The position numbers and the translations under genes are program-made. Of a DNA stretch of 64,000 nt, positions 1-14,289 are shown piece by piece. The DNA is taken from contig OZ024750.1 in assembly GCA_964016885.1 (NCBI GenBank), forward strand, positions 50,840,001 through 50,904,000. The letters run 5' to 3'. The stretch comes from Eledone cirrhosa. Its lineage: Eukaryota. Position 1 is the first letter of the stretch. Every line of letters begins with the position of its first letter. Under the pieces are notes generated by a model. That model searched no databases and was not told where the DNA came from. It saw only the letters and a program-made list of their open reading frames with translations.

Positions 1-699
1 ATCATTTTACAGGTTCTGAATCCATCCGCCCAAACCGGGGTTTCTTCCCTTGTAGGGTAAACACGTGGGGTAATCATTCCAACATCACTACTGCTAGCAA
101 CCCTCTCGCCGACTGGGAACAAAATACCTGTTGACGAAATGGCAGCCTTGTTCGATCATTATACCAAAAGCTTACAATGAATGCAGGCAGTGTAATTGAT
201 TTAGATTTCACAGAAACCTCCCACTGGATTATACCTTCAATTTCCAGGAGGTCCAGGTAAATTCTTTTGTTATACTTGTTTAGCTTGCTTCGCCTTTTGG
301 GCTCCGGTGCCTGATAGCTTCATGACAGCCGTTTTCAGGTTGTTTGGCCTCTATAACGTATGTTAATTTCTCTGGTCTTCTTTTAGTCCATTGAACGCTT
401 GCCGCATATCTCGAAACTTGCGTTTCGCTTTGTTTTTGACCACAGACGAAATACGATCTCGCTGAAATTATTTTTGTGTATTGTAGGATAACGATAAATC
501 GTTAAAGATAATCCGATAAGAGTCTATGAAAACTACTTATTATGGACAGTTTAAGCGTACGGTGCTGTGTGACTCAACAAGATGTTTACGTTGGTGACGA
601 TTTTATGACTTCACTTGTATTCCTATGTAAATATATCTTGGAGTAATAAAAAGGTGAAGAATAACATGGTTGACAGTACAAACAAGGAAATTTATTTAC

Positions 700-806
700 A
701 GTCTTGCAATTGTTTCCACGATAGATTTGACTATAAATTGCTAAATACTGGAGACAGTATAACTCAATTTACAATACATCTAAATTCAGTCATTTCATCA
801 GAGTCT
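700..806 (-). ncRNA. Degenerate type I hammerhead ribozyme (3' pLTR copy)
   Basis: Minus strand reads agact-CTGATGA-long stem II-GAAAC-AATT-GCA-agact. The cleavage triplet is mutated to GCA and stem I has a mismatch. Confidence 0.6.
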
Positions 807-1480
807 ATTAAGAAATATAAAATATATGCGTAACGGTAAACTTAAAAATTCAAATTGCTACATCAATAATAGTATTAATGATAAATATATAAAGGAAGGG
901 GGACAGATGGAAATGAGAGAGAAAGAAAGAAAATTACGAAAGAAGGAACTAAGATAGTTTTAAATGTATAACCGGCAAAAGTTACGAAATCAAACTATCA
1001 CATCAAAACAAATATAATTTTAATAATAATAAAGATATATATAGAAAGGGGGAAGGGGGGCATATAGCATAGGCAAAGAGTAAGGATAAGTAAGGAAGAT
1101 GAGAAAGAAATAGAGTAAGATTAAGAGGGATGAGGGAGCAGAGGAAGATAGAAATTAATCGTGAATATGGGGATATGAAGAAGAGAGAAAAGAAAATAGA
1201 CATACGGACGAATATACATTACTATGTAAAATAGCTAGTTTGAGATGTATTATATTATAGGATAAAATTATCGGGATAAAGTATGTTTAAGTGGAGAAAT
1301 ACAAAGACAAATGGTGTATATATATAAGATAATAAATGATGTAAATACAAATAAAAATAAAAATAATGATGTTAATACAAATGTGTTTAAGTTATTCTTA
1401 CGTAAATATGAAGCTTGTGATAATTTGATACCGTAATAAGTGCTAAAATTATGAAAAGGAATAAGGAGTAGAAAATGGAG

Positions 1481-1816
1481 TTAAGTTTGTCTAAAGTTCG
1501 GGAACTTCGATGCTGATTTATGCCGGCAAAAGATAGTTTGCTCAATTCTGCTGTTAAGAAGGGTTTTACTAAAATTAAGAATTTGGAAGAGTTCCATATT
1601 ACAGAGCCTACAATGGGACATACCAGTTTGATAGACTTTAGCAGATGACAGTATTTTCCAGCTGATCTCGTATTTAATGCCTGCATTCTTGAGTTGACAT
1701 ATTTTATTGGCAAGAGTTGTTGTATTTGATTGATTCTTATTAATCCTAGAATGTCTGTGCACGTACCACCGTTTTTTTAAAACACCAGCTGTGGAACCAA
1801 TGTAATACCATGCCAA
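1481..1816 (-). pseudogene. PLE GIY-YIG endonuclease C-terminal fragment
   Basis: WYYIGST...KKRWYVH...CRLCNMEL...LLNSRIE..FCRH matches ORF 5893-7083. Frameshifted upstream pieces (FNPMFNSSIKT..FFKLVDKHFP) lie near 2200-2290. Confidence 0.85.
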
Positions 1817-2553
1817 GCTACCTGAGTTGATAGTACACGCGTATACTACGTTTTTCTCAAGGTTTAGTAGAAGGTTTAGTAGAAGGCAATTGTCGGGTAA
1901 GTGGCAATTGCATAGAAATGTTTCCTAAGCGCCGGTTCTACTATATGATTTTGAAGATTGTTATGTATGGGCTGCGAATTAGGTTTGTTGGTGTATTGTG
2001 ATGTTGTTCTTTGGCGTGTATTTGGTTGCGATGATGTAATATGTGTGTGTTCTGTATTTTCTGATATGGAACTTATCTGGGGGCTACATTGATTATGAAT
2101 TCTTATGTAGTTAATTTTGTGAATGTGTGATTCTATGTTGGTAGCAGTGGAGTATGATAGTTTGATAGTTTTTCTATTAACGATTTTACGATATTTATGC
2201 TTTTAGGGAAGTGTTTGTCAACTAATTTAAAGAAAGTGAGAGGCAGCTTAGTTTTAATAGAGGAGTTAAACATTGGATTAAAACATAAGTAGTTTCTATT
2301 TCTGTAACTCCTATGTCCGCTAGTGATATTAGTGTTAGCATTTTGTTTCTTTAAATTAGGTATATGCTGCCTATTTATGCGTTTAGACCTAGGTTTGTTG
2401 ATTCTATGTTTGTGGGATGTATTGTTAAAATTAAGTGTGTTGTTATTTCTTTTTTTTTTTGTTATTAAGTGTGTTGTTATTTTTTGTTTTTTATTGATGT
2501 AGTAATTTGAATTTTTAAGTTTACCGTTACGTATATATTTTATATTTCTTAAT

Positions 2554-2660
2554 AGTCTCTGATGAAATGATTTAACATAGATGTATTGTAAATTGAGTTA
2601 TACTGTCTCGAGTATTTAGCAATTTATAGACAATTCTATCATGGAAACAATTGTAAGACT
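2554..2660 (+). ncRNA. Type I hammerhead ribozyme with ~78-nt stem II insertion
   Basis: AGTCT-CTGATGA(2559-2565)-extended hairpin-GAAAC(2644)-AATT-GTA-AGACT. Stem I is perfect and stem III is the palindrome ACAATTGT. Confidence 0.8.
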
Positions 2661-2719
2661 GTAAATAAATTTCATTGTTTGTACTGTCAATCATGTTATA
2701 TATATATATATATATATAC

Positions 2720-2850
2720 AGGAGAGAATGCAGATTATGTTCCGAGGAGATCTTAGAAATTACTTAATCTAAGGACGATTTATTGAATAAAAGACAGGAA
2801 CTGATTATAGCTTGCAATCACCGTATACGAAAAGCATTTAAGTTCTATAA
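2720..2850 (+). pseudogene. Extreme C-terminus of another PLE ORF
   Basis: Manual translation RRECRLCSEEILEIT*SKDDLLNKRQELIIACNHR resembles RRPCNLCSEETLQMLFSTDQLLNKKDELVTACKHR at 28578-28750. Confidence 0.7.
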
Positions 2851-3442
2851 AGCTAATTAAACATTCTAAATAGCAACTCACTATAGTTCTATGTGATGTA
2901 CCATTTGTTAGTATCCCCTTCCCCTAATTATACGCCTTCCTGTTTATGTTTTCATTTTTTAACCTTTTAATGTTTTAGCTTCCATAGATTCATGCGTTAC
3001 TGACCAAGGGCAGCAAGGTACATAACCACCTGTAATAGCATTGGTATACATATATCTATGTATGTATGATAAGAGAATATATATATATATATGTGTATGT
3101 ATATATGTGTGTATATGCGTGTGTGCATGTATATGTGTATGTACATGTATGTGTGTGTACATGTATATATGTACGTATAAATGTGTATATATATATGTAT
3201 GTATGTTTGTGTGCGTGTATGTATATATCAATGTATGCGTATGTATGTTTCCAATGAAATATCAATGCATCTATCTATATATGTGCATATATGTACTTTT
3301 GTGATCTAAGAAAATTATGCGTTTTGACTAAATGTCAACATGCATTTATCTGAGTACTATTTTATATTTTATGATGCATCATACGATATATTATACTATA
3401 TACAATGTACCAGAATGCACTATATTATATTACATTATACTA

Positions 3443-3630
3443 TGTGGATTGGCAGTATTGGTAGAGGGTCGTACGCCATACTTTGACGTATTGAGTTACG
3501 GCTCTTGCCATTCTGAGTTCAAATCCCGCCAAGGTTAACTTTGCCTTTCATCCTTACGGGGTCGATACAATAAAGTACCAGTAATGCACTGGGTTATTGC
3601 TGGCCTTGTGCCTAACGTAGAAACAATTAT
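3443..3630 (+). mobile_element. tRNA-derived SINE (octopus OK-like family)
   Basis: TGGCAGTATTGG A-box-like, GAGTTCAAATCC B-box, then CTTTGCCTTTCATCC...GGGGTCGAT...AAGTACCAG. Many copies in the window. Confidence 0.85.
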
Positions 3631-4084
3631 ATTATATGATTATATGATAATATTTTATTATCTTATTATAATTTTTATCTTTTAATATACTATCCTTCCT
3701 AGTTATGACCATTAATTTACCTATATTTATCATATTTATCTCTGTATATTTTATATTTACTTATTTATATTCACCTAAAAATTCCATACAATACAACTCA
3801 ACATTTAATTTTTAGATTCCTTTTTAAACTTCTCTCCACCATCTATATTCCACTATCAATATAACAATCCTTTTCTCAATAGGCTCTTTATATTAATTCT
3901 ATTTTTAACACCATTCAACCATTCCTTTCAAAGGGTCATGACCTCAACTAAAGTGAGTTATATTTCATCTTAACATCATATGGCAAAAATAACCATTTGA
4001 TTGGTTTGTTCTTCAGCTACCTCCAAATAAGGTCATAGAACTCAATTTACTATTGATTTTGAATAACATTTTCATTGCTTTTGG

Positions 4085-4180
4085 CAACGGCTGATGATAT
4101 ACAGGTAGGTAAATATATTCCTTATTTGATATTTTGTAACTAACCCTACATAGATCGACAACGAAATATGCGTACGATGT
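4085..4180 (+). ncRNA. Degenerate hammerhead-like motif with long stem II
   Basis: caacgg-CTGATGA(4091-4097)...~65 nt...GAAA-TATGCG-TA-cgatg. Stems are imperfect. Confidence 0.4.
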
Positions 4181-4267
4181 ATTATTATCACCTAGACATG
4201 TTCGTAAAGCAGTGAAGTATATTTCTAATTACTTGAATTTTTATTTCATTGTTTTAACTTATATACC

Positions 4268-5145
<878 letters not shown>

Positions 5146-5305
5146 AAATTTCAGGTTATCAATAATGTAGTGATAATATATCGTTACGTTAGAGATGAAC
5201 AGCGTACGTGCAGGTTTGCTCAACGAGTATAAATTATATTCCGGAGAAATGTAGAAAGGATGAATATAAAATGAAAGTGCTTTTGTTAAAAAAGGAATTT
5301 ATTAG

Positions 5306-5425
5306 GTATTGACATATGTTTCTGTAACAGACCGAATACCTATGTATCGCTGCTTGCGTAATCATATAATGTTAGCAAGTATTCGATAGCAAATGTATAA
5401 TCAGTTGTCACTTCTTCAGAGATTT
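5306..5425 (-). ncRNA. Hammerhead ribozyme with ~90-nt stem II, degenerate stem I; 3' end of the adjacent PLE
   Basis: Minus strand reads CTGAAGA-a-GTGACA...TGTTAC-a-GAAAC-ATAT-GTC, with palindrome ACATATGT. Confidence 0.65.
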
Positions 5426-5892
5426 TGGATAAACTGGATAAAATCAGAAAAATTGAAGTATTTATATTAGTAAAAGAGGAAGGAACAGAGGGGATAGAAT
5501 ATGACAGATGGTAAAATAATTTACTGCTAAACAAGTATATAATGGGTTTTTAATGAGAATACCATGAGTAAATCTAAATAAGAATTTTGGGGGTGCCGAT
5601 TTTAATCTCTACTTGACCAACTGGACAGTGGACAGGGCTGGTCATTTGGTGCAGTAGTATTAATCATAAAGTGTCAATTGGGGAAGGGGGAGATTTCGAT
5701 TGCTACTAAATAACATCAATGCTAGTGGTCAGCTGGTATTTGCTCTAGGGAATTGAATCAAAAAATCAGAAATCTCATTTTATCTATAGCAGTTTGTATT
5801 AAAAGGTAAATAATAGAAGAGTTGATAGAATTAAGACTAATAAAGAATGTTCATATCTATTTTGACAATCAAACGGGGATAGAGACAGGTGT

Positions 5893-7083
5893 TCAATCCT
5901 GGTAGTATTTATAATATGAAAATGTAGATTTTAAGCGATGGTTACAGTATAACGATCGCTCTATTCTGTTATTTAATAAAATGTTTTTGGATTTCATAAT
6001 ACAAAATAATTCTACATTACATAATCTACAAAATTCCTGTCCATTGGAATATGGGGGGGCAGTCGCTATTATATCCCATTTTAGGTGAAATTGTTGGTTA
6101 TTTTCACGCAGCTGCCAAGCCTTGTCTGCGAGTGTTGTTACATAACGCTGGTTTTCATGTTTTATCGAATAACGATGTCTATAAAGGCGTGATTTAAAGG
6201 AGGTGGCTGTAGATCCCACATAGTACCACTTCTGTCTATCCGATTCGATAGTACATTTGTATACGATGTTGCGTTCAAGACACTGGTTGTTCAACGGACA
6301 CATTCCTGGTTGGACACAGTTGTAATTACAATTTTGCGTTGTTGTATTGCCATGGATGGGTTGATGAGGTTGCTTATGTAGAACAGGATGTTGTTTGTTG
6401 TTTTGTGATGTTATAGCTAATGTTTTACGTGTATTGTTATGTCTTGGAAGGCGTTTATACAACCGTTTTGCGTTAAGCATTTTTATATGTTGTTCAATAT
6501 TAGGGGCGGTTGAATATGAAAGTCGGATGGTGTTAGGGTTTAAGATTTTATTATATTTATGTGATGTTGGAAAGTGTTTTCTAACTAATCGAAAGAATTT
6601 TGAGGGTAGATTGGTTTTAATAGATTTGTTATAGACCGGGTTGTACCAGATATACTCCTTACATCGCCTTCTGTTTGGTGGTGTGCGACTATTATTGTGT
6701 CTATTGCGGTAGTGTATGTATGGTGGTGATTCTGTGCTATTTCTACTCCTATGTGATTTATTTTGGGTGTTTTGGTGATCATTGACTATATACTCTATAT
6801 TATCTAGGTGACCGGCTTTCCTAAGTGCATCATCATAATACTCGGCATGTTCTTTGAAGGTTTGTTGGTTGGACGATAGGCGGGAGATTCTAAGAGAAAC
6901 ATTTCTAGGGATGGATTTAATTATAGAGAGTGGATGGTTAGAACTCGTATTTACATATTTAAGGTTCACATTTAGTTTATGGAACGGTTTAATCGTATCT
7001 GTATTGAGATTGAAAGTAACATCAAGGAAATTGACCTCTTTGAGGTTATATTCAAATGTAAGCTTGTGTTTGTAAACAAACAT
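5893..7083 (-). pseudogene. 5'-truncated PLE ORF: RT C-terminus/thumb, linker and GIY-YIG endonuclease
   Basis: VNFLDVTFNL, YVNTSSNHP, IWYNPVYN, CPLNNQCLERNIVYKCTI..YYVGST..RLYRH, CRLCNVEL. The RT catalytic core is missing. Confidence 0.9.
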
Positions 7084-7397
7084 TCCGTATTAAACCGTAG
7101 TGTCTAGCAACCATCGCTGCTCGTTTGTTCAACACTGACAAAGGAACGCTGTACTAGTTTCAAGCTTATTAGCTATCGTCAGCAACGTATACCTTCCTGC
7201 CAGATTGTTGAACGTATATACTTACCTTATGCATATTAATATATATTACCTTATGCATATATATATGTGTGCATGCATGTATATATATATACATACTACT
7301 GTACGTCTGTATACATATATGTATATAGGTGTACATACTTATATTTAAGTAACAGCCGTACTAAGAGTGGGAAATGAAATTAAGTTTCATTTCTTCC

Positions 7398-7400
<3 letters not shown>
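7065..7400 (-). mobile_element. Short non-coding repeat carrying a minimal hammerhead (other copies at 50690-51120 and partially 43310-43520)
   Basis: Similarity among three copies, flanked by (TA)n. Confidence 0.7.
7146..7188 (-). ncRNA. Minimal type I hammerhead ribozyme
   Basis: ACGTTG-CTGACGA-tAGCT aata AGCTt-GAAA-CTAG-TA-CAGCGT: 6-bp stem I, 4-bp stem II, palindrome ACTAGT, GUA site. Confidence 0.85.
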
Positions 7401-7476
<76 letters not shown>

Positions 7477-7674
7477 ATATATATATATATATATATAATG
7501 GTGGGGTTTTAAATAAAAGCGTAGATGAAACATTCAAGCATTAACTGTATATTTTTTTCTATAAATGTAAGTAGTAAAACTTATTGAAGAGAAAAGTAGC
7601 AATGGCTTCTTAATTCCAGCTATTCCTTCATCAGGCAGCCATATAAGGCAGTAATTGCAATTTTGAGAGTTTTT

Positions 7675-8755
<1,081 letters not shown>

Positions 8756-9031
8756 GATGGGAGTGTATTGTTTTCTAAAGTATTTTAGATAAATCTTTGG
8801 AGGACGTATCTATAAATGCTAGAAAGTCGTGTCAATACCGTTCAGAAAATCAACTTTGATATTCAGTCAACGCTCTCTGCATGAAATAAAGTAAATAAGA
8901 TTGTTCGGAGCTGGTATCAATACACAGCTTTGTTACCTAACTTTAAACAATATTTTAGGCTTTTTATTTTCTGGCTTTAGTAATGCGTGTGTCTTGCATT
9001 GAGTGTACTTACGTCGATTGTATCGACCCCC

Positions 9032-9200
9032 GGTAGAAGGTCGGACGCCATGCTTTGACGTATAGAGTTACGGCCCTTGCCATTCTGAGTTCAAATCCTG
9101 CCGAGGTTAACTTTGCCTTTCATCCTTATGGGGTCGATAAAATAAAGTACCAGTAATCTACTGGGTAATTGCTGGCCTTGTGCCAAAAGTAGAAACAATT
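9032..9200 (+). mobile_element. OK-like SINE, slightly 5'-truncated
   Basis: Same family as 3443-3630. Confidence 0.85.
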
Positions 9201-9229
9201 ACTTATTTCGATCTCTACACTGCTCAAGG

Positions 9230-9560
9230 ACACAAAATATCACCGGAGATCGATATCATGAGCTTATGTCTATGAATCGAATTGCCTAACTATACACTAA
9301 TGGGTACCCTAAAAAGACGATCACCATAGGTTGACGGAAAAGTCTCGGTCGCGGCAGCACATTATCTCGAATTAACAAGTAAGAACTTCTGTAGAGTATT
9401 AACAAGAGGAAGCATAGGAGTCAGGGCAGACCAATCAAGGCCTGGCAGAAATCTTGGCAAAAATGGGCCTGGCCTGGGTGTAGGAACTTGAAACGAGTTG
9501 CGACCATGCTGGGAGAAATTATCTCGTCATCCAGTGTTCAACAGCGAACAGGAAGAACTA
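9230..9560 (+). mobile_element. Decayed 3' end of an RTE-like LINE
   Basis: Frameshifted peptides RSQGRP..W, LAKMGLAW and LVIQCSTANRKN* resemble RTE C-termini. Confidence 0.45.
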
Positions 9561-10125
9561 ACTAGAGAAACAACGATCTTGGGGGCATTTGACGAACAAT
9601 TTTATCATTCCTGTTTTGGTTTGTTTTTAAGTTAAATTATATATTATTAAGATAATATTCTCGTTTTTTTCAGATGTGTCCTTTAAACATATTAGCTTGA
9701 GGTCAAATGATAAATGTCGTTTTTCAATGCATTTTTGAAAATCATATATTTTTCATATTTTGTTCAACATATTCTTTCTATTCATGAACTAAAAGAAAGG
9801 AGATTAAAAACGTTTTATTTCAAACATCTTGAATTCTCTTCCTGTACCTCTTATCAAAATAAATGTTTACAAAATGCATTGTTATGGTCTCTTAAAAGTA
9901 TTTCTATAAACCGTGTGTGTGTGTGTGTGTGTGTATGTGTGTGTGTGTCTGTGTGTGTCTGTGTGTGTGTGTATGTGTGTGCGTGTGTGCGTGTGTGTTA
10001 TCTTGCGTGGGCATGTATGTATGTACATACGCACATACACAAACACGCAGTTATACACACATCTCTCTCTCTTTAAATATATATTTGAGAGATAGATAGG
10101 TAGATAGGTAGATAGATAGATAGAT

Positions 10126-13100
10126 TTCTTTATTAGCCACAAGGGCGCACAAGAAAAGGGGACAAAACAAAGACATGCCGGGGATTTTACATGAAATCGA
10201 GTAAAAAATATAAAACAAACAATTATAACAATCGAAATCCCCAATAGGGGGAAGGCGCCACGAATGGGTAGTTTAATACCCCGTCGATAGAACAACCCTC
10301 AACTCCAGGAACGTGTTGTGCAAGTGCTCCTTTCCTCCTTTTGCTCTTTCTCACTCGGGCCATTTTCGCTTCATTCACCCACCTTTCAGTAAATTTACTG
10401 GGGTGCAGTGCGTCCCTCTCCATTCTGATTCTTGGCCAAAATCTTTAACTGTATGTTGAGCAGAGTTATGGGCCTGACATTTTTTATTTCGTGCCCCTTG
10501 TTATCGTCTTTCCTGATCAGCGTTACTACGCCTCTGCCTGCAGAACTGGGAATTCTCCCGTTCTGCTGCCAATTGCAGTAGACGTCTTCCAGGACGCCAG
10601 AGAACAAGCCCGGCATGCCTATGTAAAACTCATAGGATAGACCATCTAGACCGGGTGATTTGCGTTTCCCGCAGCGACCCAGAGCGTCCCGTATCTCAGT
10701 GGCTATGATCGGTCTTTCGCAGAACTCAGCGTCCATGCTCGAGAGACGCGGCACGCCGTCGAGGTATGAACCAAAGAACATTGCCCCGTTCGGTGCACCG
10801 TCGTTCTGCTCAAACAGTCACGCAAAGTGACGCTGAAAGGCCGCGCACATCTGCCTGGGGTCAAGTAGCACGCGTTCGTTTTGGTCTTTCAAAGACCGAA
10901 TCGTGGACTTGTTGCCACTTTTCGCTTCCGCCACTCGGAGCCAGCTAACAGCTTTTGCTCCCTCGTTTCTTAGAGCACGCGATTTACTTCTGACCACGCA
11001 GCCTTCGAGTTTCGCGTCGAAGAACAGTGCCGTTCTCTATGCTAGCACTCTAGCTGCCTAAGCGCCTCTTCTATCTTGGCTACTAGTTCTGTTTCTGATT
11101 TATTTTTCTCTAAAGCTAATTTTCTGCTAAATCCTATCAATTCTACTCTAATTGCTCTCTTGAGAGAGTACCACCATCTATTGTTGACGATGGCTCCCGT
11201 TAACTCTTGCTTAACCAATCTACGTATCCGTTCACTGTAGGCTTTTCGTGCCGGCAACGACACGTTCAGCTTCCAGTATCCGGGTCCGTGTCTATGTATT
11301 CTATCACCGTTGACTATGCAGACGACTAGTTTGTGATCTGAATAGGCAACCATGTGCATTTGTGGACAGCTTAACACCTTCTAGTCCTTTTCTCTAATGA
11401 AAAACCTATCTAGATACGATCTAGATGTCCCGCTGCTTTGCCTACGTCCACTGTGGTGCAGTCGGGAAAAATAGTCGATATCTATAGGCCAGTTGGAATT
11501 GGCAGATTAGATTTTTGAGGCTGTTGCACACCCCTCTACTAGCACGTGCTCTCACATAGTCCCATCGTGCATCTAGGATACCATTACAGTCCCCCACTAA
11601 AAGCAAGGAGCTTTTAGTTGGGGATAAGACTCTAGACGCTGAAAGAAGTCTGGCCGCGTTTGTGATTGCCCAGTCGGGATATAAACGGCCACCAGTCTGA
11701 AGGCTCCACCTCCAATACTGTTCACGTCTAGGACTGCCAGGTGTACTTGCTGTACTTCGAGATCCATGTTTTTCCGAAACATGACAGTCACTCCCCCTTC
11801 ACCTCCCGGTTGACAGATAGATGCGTAAATCTCAAAGTCATTCATGGTGGAGGTTACTTGTTGCCTGTTGTGGATCCTGGACTAGGTGATGGCTATTACA
11901 TCGATACCGTTTGACCTAAGATCGTTTAAAGTTGGTCCTGTTTCCAGGGCATCCCTAGGCCACGCACATTCAAGCTTCCAACTCGTAAGTCAGCCATGTT
12001 GGTGGAGAAGAGTTGGCGAAAAGGACAAAAAGGTGCACTTACCTTTTCGATTCCTGGAGGTCGGGTTGTTCAATCTCCATTTAAGTTCTGTTGGGGGTGT
12101 TGAGTGGGGTGGGGAAACATTTCAACAGGACACGATTTATTGGTTTTAGGCAGAGCTTGCCAACGTCCTGTGAAAACTGTTCTTTCATTTTCTGATAGGT
12201 TTCTATTGAAATCCTTATTAGTTTTAAGTGTGGCTGAGAGTCTGCTTTTACGAAAGTTTTGCCCTCAGTTTCCACTTTGGGGTCCTGTGAGATGACCTCC
12301 ATCAGATTTTGGTTGTTGGTGTTGATGTATGTATATTGTGGTTTTTGTTTTGGTTGTTGTGTTTTAGTTTGTTGTTCGTCTGTGAGTTTTCTTTTTTGTG
12401 TTTGGGGTGGTGTTGGTGTTTGTTTTGTTGGTAAGGGAGGTTTGGTTGTGGTGTTGTTTGTGTTGTTTGTGTCTGTGGTTGTGTGTTGGTGTTGGTGATT
12501 GGAGTTTTGGGGGTTTTGTGGTATCTCTTTTCTTTGTTTTTTTTATTTCCAAGGCTCTTTTTCTTCTTCTTCTTCTTCTTCTTCTTCTTCTTCTTCTTCT
12601 TCTTCTTCTTCTTCTTCTTCTTCTTCTTCTTCTTCTTCTTCTTCACTTAAAGAAGGAGAAGCAGCCTCATCTGTTGGTGAATAATCATCATCAGGAGTGT
12701 GAGGTAGGGGTATGGTGTGTCGTGATGGTGTTTTCGTGTGTGTGTTTGTCGTAGTGTTGAATTGAGTGGGGTGGGGTGAGGCTGTGTTCTTCAGGAGTGC
12801 TGTCTGTGTTTTTTCTGTTGTTTGTTTGTTTGGGTGTGTTTGCTTGTTTTGTGTGTTGTTCTTGTTGTGGTGGTGGTGGTGGTGGTGGTGATTGTTTTGG
12901 TGTTGGTTTTGGTAAAAGTACGTTTTTTTTAATTTGTTTGTAAAGGGTAGGAGGCTTTTATGTTTGATGTGCTTGCACATCGAAAACAGTGTGGGTCTCC
13001 GCCTTCAGTTACAATGTTAATGTAGTTTTAGTTGTCGACCAGCACTCTTTCGAGGATTTTGGAAATTATTTCTGGTTTCATTTGTATCAGAATTTCCAAA

Positions 13101-13990
13101 TTTGTCCCTGCCTACCTTTGTCTGGTCGACTTCCTGACCGAAAGAATTGTGGCTCTATGATCCATGCTAAGATCCACCAAATGTTGATGTTTGGTGGTAT
13201 GTTATTTATTTTAATTTTTTGTGTTCTTTTTCCCATGTAACTAGGGAAAAAGGTGTGTGTTTTTGTGATGACTGGTGTAACAGAATGCTTTTGTGCGAGG
13301 TCCTCGCTTTTAAAAAGTACCGAATTACTTCCATATAGTCTGGCCCTCTGCATAAAATCAATGACAGGCAGAGCCTCTTTCAAGGTGGTTTCAATTTCCC
13401 CTTGACCGAGGAATACCCGCTTTTTTATTTTATGTGAGACAGTTCTGAAGATTACCGTTCTTCGAACTGTTCCTTATTTAATTTCCAAGGGTGAGTTTAT
13501 TTGAAACCCACCCTTTTCTTCAAATGTTATAAATTGTACCGCATCAGACAACATCTGTGTTCAATTGCTGATGTCCAATTCTTTATATTCCTTTTTTTTT
13601 TTTTGTTACATTCTGTACGAATGTTGTTTTTTCAGTTTTGTTGTTGTTGTTGTTGGTTTTTTCGTGTGTAGTCGTGTTAATTGTTTCAATTTCTGCATTT
13701 TCTGTATTTTTCGGTGTCTGTTGTGGGCTGTTATATTCATCTGTTGTTGTGTAAATATCCATTTATTTACGAAACGAAGTGTTGTTGTTTGTCTCCATAT
13801 ATACTTCTATGGAAATAGAGGGAGATATAACGCTTATATCCGACTCTTTCCCTCTCTTCTCGCCTTCTAGCGTTCTCTGTAAGTCATACATTGTTGAAGA
13901 TAGGAACATTTTAAAATTTCTCAATCATTATGTAAATTAAATTTTCGCCCCACTCGGGCAAAAACTGAGATTGCCACTCAGCTGACTATT
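10126..13990 (-). mobile_element. Decayed, internally deleted Tx1/L1-like LINE (ORF1, APE endonuclease, start of RT, 3' end)
   Basis: ORF1 piece SYMGKRTQKIKINNIPPNINIWW (13087-13383). APE motifs FRLVAVYIP, SDHKLV, GPGYWKLNVS (11042-11930). RT N-terminus KSPGLDGLSYEFY..RPITLLN..KILAK (10395-10781) joined directly to the 3' end. (TATC)n tail at 10087-10125. Confidence 0.85.
12561..12644. repeat. (CTT)n microsatellite inside LINE ORF1 (poly-Glu on the minus strand)
   Basis: Direct reading. Confidence 0.9.
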
Positions 13991-14099
13991 CAGCCTGGGA
14001 GTTAATCTATCAAACAATATAAATTTTCACACAATAAATTCTGTTTTTGTACAGAACATTTTACAAAAACTTACCAACGATCTATCGCACGTCCGCTCG

Positions 14100-14282
<183 letters not shown>

Positions 14283-14289
14283 TACATTG

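Larger units (their letters stand above)
662..2698 (-). mobile_element. 5'-truncated Penelope-like element with inverted pseudo-LTR copies (662-869 and 2491-2698)
   Basis: ~208-bp inverted repeat bounds a decayed PLE C-terminal coding region. Both arms carry a hammerhead motif. The right end abuts (TA)n. Confidence 0.85.

Noticed and set aside
13-256. Possible host exon (tttacag|...CAG|gtaaat); one frame is open except for a single TGA after Cys
   Set aside because: All three frames contain stops, the peptide is unrecognisable, and I see no partner exons or SECIS support.
7595-7645. CTGATGA...GAAA on the minus strand
   Set aside because: Stem III and the NUH site cannot be formed; at best a decayed hammerhead.
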